Source of the DNA: Diplonema japonicum
Lineage: Eukaryota > Protista > Euglenozoa: Diplonemea
DNA: 64,000 nucleotides
Assembly: GCA_964019335.1 (NCBI GenBank)
Contig: OZ025749.1
Coordinates: forward strand, 62,001 to 126,000
Reading direction: 5' to 3'
The position numbers and the translations under genes were made by a program. Within the stretch, counting starts at the first letter, position 1; every line of letters begins with the position of its first letter. The notes below the pieces were generated by a model, which was not told the DNA's origin, did not search any database, and saw only the letters and a program-made list of their open reading frames with translations. Below are positions 55,038-64,000 of this stretch, piece by piece.

Positions 55038-55600
55038 CAGTCAGATTTTCAACGGTGGGAGTGAATATAATATTTCACATTATTTCACGCTTCACTTTAT
55101 TTTCATTGTAGATTTCAGGCTTGTTTTAGGAAGAAAACAGGGGCAGAAATGAAAATTACTTTATGAGTGAATATAAAGTACTTTATATTCACGCTTGCCC
55201 TATTTTCACTGCACAGCAAGGGTTGGGGGCGCAAACACGGAAAAGGAATCACCTAAGTGGTTACCACACAGGCCCCTTGTTTTGGAAACCCCGGTTCGAA
55301 TCTGGGAATCTCACTTTTTACATTACTCAAGGATCTGGTCGCCTCTCTCAACAGAAGGGGAGAGAGGTGGGCTTGGCAAGCCAGCAGCGGTGACAGCTGC
55401 TAGTGGGGCAACCTCAGCAACCCAGGCAGCAGCCCCACAGGTCCAGACCGAGGTCCTGTCAGCACCCCCAGTGAACTGGACGCACAGCCCGCACCACACA
55501 GGATATGCCTTGACAAACAATATCAATCACAAGCACCCCCAGTGAAACTTGTAACTTGTAACTTGTAACCTGTAATGCCCCACCCTTTCAAATCTGACTG
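55038..55600. mobile_element. Degenerate TIR element (~560 bp) with CAGT termini
   Basis: CAGTCAGATTTTCAACGGTGGG (55038-55059) vs reverse complement of 55579-55600, CAGTCAGATTTGAAAGGGTGGG (19/22). Confidence 0.6.
55243..55313 (+). pseudogene. tRNA-like sequence / SINE-like head
   Basis: A-box-like CCTAAGTGGTTA, T-arm CCCGG-TTCGAAT-CTGGG, followed by TTTTT; no clean acceptor or anticodon stem. Confidence 0.4.
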
Positions 55601-55619
55601 ACGTTAAATAAAACAACGG

Positions 55620-55804
55620 ATTTAGTGAAAATAGATCCGATTTTCACTTGTGGTGGCATGTTTAACTCGTTGATGTTACTTCACTCGCTTCGCTCGTGAA
55701 GTAGACATTCATGACTGCACTCGCTTCGCTCGTGAAGTCATATACCCACTCGTTAAACTGCTGCCACCACGCGTGAAAATCATACGATCTTATTTTCATT
55801 AAAT
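55620..55804. repeat. Palindromic ~185-bp element with two central CACTCGCTTCGCTCGTGAAGT direct repeats
   Basis: Arms ATTTAGTGAAAATAGATC..ATTTTCAC..GTGGTGGCA..GTTTAAC and GTTAAAC..TGCCACCAC..GTGAAAAT..GATCTTATTTTCATTAAAT are reverse complements. Confidence 0.75.
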
Positions 55805-55899
55805 AAATAGTTATTTTTTTTTTTTTTATTGGTAGGCCGTTGCTAACCACTTCGTTCCTATCATCGTCCTGTCACATACCGCAGGTACCCTTAAATGAT

Positions 55900-56012
55900 T
55901 TTATAACTAAATGCAACTTGTGCCGAGCAAAAAAAAAAAAAAAAACATTCACAGCTTTTTAAAAACTTTTTTTTTTTTTTGCTCGTGCGAACAAAAGACA
56001 TACAGGCATAAA
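55900..56012 (+). repeat. Short dispersed repeat, copy C
   Basis: Same core as 42661-42757, with longer A/T runs. Confidence 0.85.
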
Positions 56013-56762
56013 TAAATAACCTTTCGTCGTTCTCTTCGCACAGTGGCACATATTTACAAATTCGGCTTTAAACAGGAGTCTCGAAAAAGAGGGAACTCAA
56101 CCGTGTCTGTGAATAACTCAAGTGACGAAGGGTACAACTAAGAAACCGACTTACTTTCCGACAAATAAGCCATAATTTGTATACACAATTTGAAAACTAA
56201 AAATTTTAAAATTTTTAACTCATTTTTATTTGTCGGGTTAACAACCGATTTTCCCCCCCTCTTTTTTTTTTTTGAAACTTTTTCAGGAAAAAAAAAAGGC
56301 CCAAGAAAACTATAAAAAAAGGGGAAAAAAAAAATAAGAAATTGATTTGAAGCTTTTTCCGTTTCACATGAAAAAGAAAAACAAAGAGAATCGATATTTG
56401 CACTGATATAGAACAAAGAACATACATACGAAAAAGAGGAAAAAAAAAAAGAATTGTATGTTCCCACTTGTTTCTTCCTTTTCTTTTCTTTTTTTCTCTC
56501 TTTTTTCTTTGAACCAGTAAGCACCACCCCTTTCATCGGGTTTCACCATTTTTTTTCTTTTCCAAACCCCCCCCCCCCTTCCTTCCTTCGTGTGTGTCTG
56601 ACACACGAGAGTCGACCTTTACAAAAAAGTTAATCTTTTTCTTTTTTTCTTTTTTTTTTTTTGGGAGGAGGGTGGTAGAAGTCGACAATACAATGATTTT
56701 TAAAATTTCTTCCCCCCCCCTTTTTTTCATTATCTTTTTAAAAAAAAAAAGGAGGGGACAAA

Positions 56763-57779
56763 ATGAGCATCACGGTGTTCATCCGAACGCCTTCCGAGGT
56801 GCACCCCGTGAAAATATCTGGTAACGAGACGCTTCGATCCTTACACGACAAGGCTGCAGAGGCCGCTGGGATCACAGACCCCGCTACAATCCTGTTGAGT
56901 TACGAGGGGTCCGTTCTGGAGAATGGGACACAACAGGTGCAACAAACCGAACTTTTAGATGAAACAGAGGTTCTTTTAGAGAAGACCCGCTCGTTGCACG
57001 TTGAGGTGGAGGATATGGAAACCATGAGGGAAAATATAAGAAAACGAGCGGAACAGGATCCCAACTTCCTCCTTGTTGTCAACACCTCAGGGTGCAACGA
57101 GGGTGTATTGGAAATGCGTGAAATTCTAATTGACAAAGTACGCCACCTGAAAATAACGGACTTGAGGGGAAACGTCAGTGTGGTCAAGAACAACGAAGAT
57201 GGGGAGAAGATGTCCGATTCGCTGGTCACAGTTGTGGTGGATCTACCATCGGTTCGTGTGGTGAAGTCGTTTTTTCTTTCAAACGTGAAAACGTTGAAGT
57301 CAGCTGACTTCAGCCGGCTGTCTGTGCGCACCATCGACAGAGGTTTCCTCCACAATTGTGCTTCTCTTACTACGGTGTCCCTCCCGCTTTGCTCTCTATG
57401 TGTCGGGAACAATTTTTTGTCGTGTTGCGGCTCGCTGACACAAATCGATTTTTCACCGTTGCAGGATCTTCGGACCATCGGTAACATGTTTTTAACAAAA
57501 TCCGGGCTTACCTCCGTTGATCTATCACCGCTTCGTGGTGTCCTGGAGGTCGGGTCGCACTTTCTTTCGTTTACCGAGATTACAGCGGTGGACCTCGCTC
57601 CTTTACAGGGTTTGGAGAGACTCGGGTTCGGGCTTTTGAACGGGTGTAGTGGTCTGTCCGCGGTGGATTTGACACCCTTGGCGAACGTGAAGGGAGGCAT
57701 GCTAACATGTCTTGAAATGTCCGGCGTCCCAGAGGCGCAGAGAAAAATTCCCCGGAAAAATACTTGTTGTGCTGCATAA
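56763..57779 (+). CDS. Ubiquitin-like + LRR family protein, member 5, C-terminal CaaX (CCAA)
   Basis: MSITVFIRTPSEVHPVKISGNETL, LRRs, ends NTCCAA*. Confidence 0.87.
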   Translation: MSITVFIRTPSEVHPVKISGNETLRSLHDKAAEAAGITDPATILLSYEGSVLENGTQQVQQTELLDETEVLLEKTRSLHVEVEDMETMRENIRKRAEQDPNFLLVVNTSGCNEGVLEMREILIDKVRHLKITDLRGNVSVVKNNEDGEKMSDSLVTVVVDLPSVRVVKSFFLSNVKTLKSADFSRLSVRTIDRGFLHNCASLTTVSLPLCSLCVGNNFLSCCGSLTQIDFSPLQDLRTIGNMFLTKSGLTSVDLSPLRGVLEVGSHFLSFTEITAVDLAPLQGLERLGFGLLNGCSGLSAVDLTPLANVKGGMLTCLEMSGVPEAQRKIPRKNTCCAA

Positions 57780-57850
57780 AAAAAAAAAAAAAAAGAAAAA
57801 ACCACCATTTCTATCCCCTACATAAAAGGAGGCACGAGAGGCCTACGTCC

Positions 57851-57916
57851 GCTTACATGTCTTGAAATGTCCGGTGTCCCAGAGGCGCAGAGAGAAATTC
57901 CACGGAAACATACTTG
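57851..57916 (+). repeat. Duplicate of the gene 3' end (57701-57766), offset 150 bp
   Basis: ACATGTCTTGAAATGTCCGG(C/T)GTCCCAGAGGCGCAGAGA...TACTTG, then a G run. Confidence 0.88.
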
Positions 57917-58083
57917 GGGGGGGGGGGGGGGGGGGGGGTGGACTTTGAGCATTTTGGAAACTTAAGGGGTCGGAATTAAAGCATTTCGAAAACTTAGGGG
58001 TCAAGTCCCACCCTTCTTTTTTTTTTTTTTTCCCCGGCAAAAAGTACGATCTCCATCAGGGGCAAATAAAAAAAAAAAAAAAT

Positions 58084-58635
58084 ATGAATGAGGACGGTAA
58101 GCCCATGTCGATAGAACTTGAGGAAGTCCACATTGGTATTGAGAGTATCGTTGATGACCCAGCAGGTGTCATTGGAGAGAACAAAGGGGCCGTGCCGTGG
58201 AGCATGGGGGACGGGCTGTGTTGGGGGAGCTGCGGCTTGGTGTGCAGTGTTGCAGGGTGGGTGTTTTGCGCAGTAGAAAGGAGTGAGTGCGACTGGTGGT
58301 GGGCTCTGATGGTTACTCCACCACTCTTCTTGATAACAGGAATTCTGTTTGAGTTTCTTGTAGTGGAGAAGCGCTCTCACAAACTTCTGTGCTGCCTCTT
58401 TCCCCCCAATCAGTGGCGCCGTACTGGGTTGTTATTCGTCGTCTTTGAGGCCTTCGCCCTCCTTACCGCCGGCAGCTTCGTCATCAGCGACATGCGAGGG
58501 GCGTGCCCCTCCACCACCCCTTTGCAGTGGATTTTCTGCTCGTTCATCGGCTGCGCCCTCCTCCTCTCGATTTTCAAGGATGTGTTCGCCGTGATACCCC
58601 CCCCACAACAATATTCGCATTTAGAAGGAGCTTGA
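58084..58635 (+). CDS. Small multi-pass membrane protein, unknown function
   Basis: 183-aa ORF after an A run, about 4 hydrophobic segments, flanked by homopolymer spacers like the other genes. Confidence 0.65.
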   Translation: MNEDGKPMSIELEEVHIGIESIVDDPAGVIGENKGAVPWSMGDGLCWGSCGLVCSVAGWVFCAVERSECDWWWALMVTPPLFLITGILFEFLVVEKRSHKLLCCLFPPNQWRRTGLLFVVFEAFALLTAGSFVISDMRGACPSTTPLQWIFCSFIGCALLLSIFKDVFAVIPPPQQYSHLEGA

Positions 58636-59993
58636 ATTTGCTTTTTTTTTTTTTTTTTTTTTTTTTTTTTCGTTGTGAATATCTAGCTGGTGTTTTTTTT
58701 GTTTTTTTTTTTTCTTAGTTTTTTTTTTTTTTTCCCCCAGTTTACAGCCCTCCCCGTTCTTTTTTTTTTATTTTATTTCGATCTTCAGCAAAAAAAAAGA
58801 AGGGGGATAAAAATACCATATTTGTAGTTGAGGTTGTTGTTTTTTTTTTTTTTAAAAGAGGGGATAAAAAAAATAGAATTGAAGCATCCTTTCGAGAATT
58901 GGCAGATCTTCAAGCATAGAAAAAAAGGGGAACAAAAAAAAAAAAAACCACTTTTTAAAAAAAAGAATTCAGCCTCTGGGGGGATGGAGCATGATGTAAA
59001 CCTCTTTTAAAAAAAGAATTCACACACCTTTTTCTTTGTTAAAGTTTCACCTCCCTCCTCATACCTTGTTCCTTTTATTGGGTATCTTTTTATATTCTTC
59101 CCCCCCCCCCCCCCCGACCCAAGTTTCTGCAAATATACTGGTTCGCAGTGGCTCTATGTTTCTTTTTTTATCCAAACACCCGCCACTTTCATTTTTTTTA
59201 AGGTACCACCCCCCCTTAGCGGAAGATGGATACCAAAGAAAGAGTGATTTTTTTTATGCTATTTTCTTTTTTTTTTTTTAAATCCTGACCCGCCCCTCTG
59301 AGGAAAAAATAAAAAAGGGGAAAAAAAAAAATGTTTAAAAGGAAAAAAAAAAAGAAGGGGTTAAGGGTGCGGGTGAAAAGGTTTTCTTTGCTTTTCTCTC
59401 TTTTTTTTCTTCTTCTTTTTCGTATTCTCTCTCCCACATTTCTTTTTTTAAGTGGTGGGGATAACATGAAAATATAAGAAGTACATCAGATGTGTTGTTC
59501 GCTGTTGACCTCCTCGTCGGTCATCACCGGTAGCACCCGAGTGGAAGAACGTAACGCAGATGCTCAGGGTGACGAACAGGCAGCAAACTGCACGAGCGCA
59601 GAATCTTGGTTATTAAGGACACGACGCGGAACGCAGAAGAAGCTACTGCTCGGCCGAGGAGTGCCTCCTGTAATCAAGTAGGTAGTTCGTGCTTCATTGC
59701 ACGCTTAACGCCACCTAGTGTTGCAATCAAAGCCCCATTTTTTTTTTTCTTTTTTTTCTTTTTGTTTCTCATCCTCTCCCCCATTTCTTTTTCTTCTTCT
59801 GTTTTCGCAAGAAAACGAGAAAAAAAAAAGAAAATGAAAACTGGACAAGAAAGTGGCAAGAAAAAAAAAAGGGAAGACATTCTGGGAAAAAAAAAGGCAA
59901 CCCAGCCGTAGCGGGGGGGGGGGGGGGGGAGAAAGACCCACTCCCCAACACGAAGAAATGCGGCAGACAAGACAAGGGGGAGGGGGGCGTTTC

Positions 59994-60030
<37 letters not shown>

Positions 60031-60170
60031 CTCCTGTTTATCCCGTCTTTTTTATTTATTTATTTTTTTTTTGTCCGATCCTCAAGGGCAAGGTGCGTAA
60101 CGGTTGGTGTGAAAAAGGGGGGAGAAAAAAAAGTTTTTTTTCTTCCCCCCGCCCCTCCTGAGTTATTTGG

Positions 60171-60205
<35 letters not shown>

Positions 60206-60255
60206 ATTCTCAAAAAAAAAAAAAAAACTGTCAGGGGATTTAAAAAAAAAAAAAA

Positions 60256-61395
60256 ATGTCGTGCCTGGCCCCAACAAAAAGACTGCTGGCGGCAAGAACC
60301 GCTTTTCAAGAATTCGGACGCATGCCCCAGAAGAGAGACCCTGACTACGTCGATTCAGGGAAACCCATCCACAGCTTCAACGACATGTTCTCGGGGTACC
60401 TGTTCCCGATGTCAACGTTCACGTCCGCAAAGCCTAGCTATCTGAGGTCGGGCGAGCCGTCCATGCTCCACTGGTACACGTTGAAAGGAATGACGAAAAA
60501 AGAAGCGAAGGTGGGGAAATTCAAGGAATGGTATAAGGAGGCCTTGGGCTCCGTGCAATATATGGATGGGTTTGACTACCCGGAACTTCAAAACGGCGAT
60601 GATTTGTTGAAAATAAATGGAGACGAAGAAGGCGCATGGAATGACATCGCAGTAGTCAGAACCGGGAAAGCAGGGGAATTTGTTACGGAATTGAAGAACC
60701 TCCGGGACAACCCCAGCCGGGTGAAAAAAGATGTTGAAGCTTTGATAGCGAAATTTGTTCAGTGGACGGATCCTACGGTAGCTGGCTACAGTGGTGCTGA
60801 GGTCATCCCCTCTGACGTTTTAGCTGGACAACCATTATCTGTATATGAAACTCTTCTTCTTCTTTGTGCTGAAGCGCAGGACTGGATCAACACCACCGCC
60901 TTGGTTCGAGAGATGGGCCACCGAAACGTCCACCTCCGTGCCCCTGTAGCCGCTGCCCTCTTCAACTACATCCAAACTGCTCAAACTGCTCTGAACCTTT
61001 TCGAGGTTTTGAAAAAAGAGGGTGTCAAGATACACCTGCACACGTACCAGGCGATGCTCCGTGTCTTGGACCGTATTGAGGAAAGTGATCGTGGAATGGC
61101 CTTTAAAGCGCAGTGGGAGGAGACAGGCGATGTGAGTGGGGACATGATGGACTTTATATTAAGTATTTTTTTTTTTTTTTTTTTTTTTTAAAATTTAAAA
61201 AAAAAAAAACTAGATGGGAGTGAAGACACGTTGTTCCCCGAAACGTCGCCTTACCTCAATACTGTGTCAAACCAGGACCCGAAGGTGTGTTTGTTTGTTG
61301 TTGGACATAAGAAATAATAATAAAATAAAAAAAAAAAGGTTGAAGTCGAACGGGCGATTAGCGAACTGCTTCATGTGGACCGAGCTCAAATGTAA
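60256..61395 (+). CDS. Putative mitochondrial protein with a PPR-like motif, three exons
   Basis: Arg/Ala-rich N-terminus; ALNLFEVLKKEGVKIHLHTYQAML resembles a PPR. Introns 61163-61213 and 61285-61338 give an open frame ending ...HVDRAQM*. Confidence 0.65.
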
Positions 61396-61618
61396 GAAGC
61401 GAAACAAAACAAAAAAAAAAAAAAAAAATCAAGAAAAAAAAATTTTTTTTTTCTTTTTACAGTGTAAATCCCATTTTTTAAAAAAAAAAAAAACCCCCCT
61501 TTTTTTTTCCCCCAAAAAAATCAAAAAAAGATTTTTTTTTCTTAAATCAGGGGGAGGAGAGGGGGGAGGAGGAGAGGACAACAAAAAAAAAAAAAAAAAA
61601 AAAAAATCACAAAAAAAA

Positions 61619-63952
<2,334 letters not shown>

Positions 63953-64000
63953 CTTTTTTTTTTTTTTCCCTCCACCTTTTTTGTTTATTTGTGTGATAAG

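Noticed and set aside
55243-55313. Functional tRNA gene
   Set aside because: Only the T-arm and an A-box-like motif are convincing; no acceptor or anticodon stems.

Overview
Eukaryotic, gene-dense window, most consistent with a euglenozoan protist (diplomonad/bacterial origin not supported; diplonemid-like is an inference). All credible genes lie on the + strand, and the non-coding DNA is dominated by A/T/G/C homopolymer runs. Bases 1-19.5 kb are a near-perfect ~3.755-kb tandem array (5 full copies plus 1 partial) of a secreted, Cys-rich 549-aa protein. Its predicted mature N-terminus is His, followed by sushi-like modules, a Pro/Thr linker and a Cys-rich C-terminal domain; the spacers carry gene fragments, including RidA. 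Bases 20-64 kb hold mostly housekeeping-type genes: RraA-like, DEDDh exonuclease, histidine phosphatase, RPL12, ZIP11-like, SCP/NIF phosphatase, CDK5RAP3, a divergent SMC, SMU1, mitochondrial carrier, GH130-like glycosidase, PS decarboxylase, sirtuin, ankyrin protein, PPR-like protein and kinesin-13. Twelve small GT-AG introns were reconstructed by hand; most have poly(A), not a polypyrimidine tract, before the AG. The window also has a five-member ubiquitin-like/LRR family (three with CaaX ends) with adjacent decayed copies, several small TIR/palindromic elements, and direct evidence that homopolymers expand once sequence is freed from coding constraint. All calls are from reading the sequence by eye; no searches or folding programs were run.
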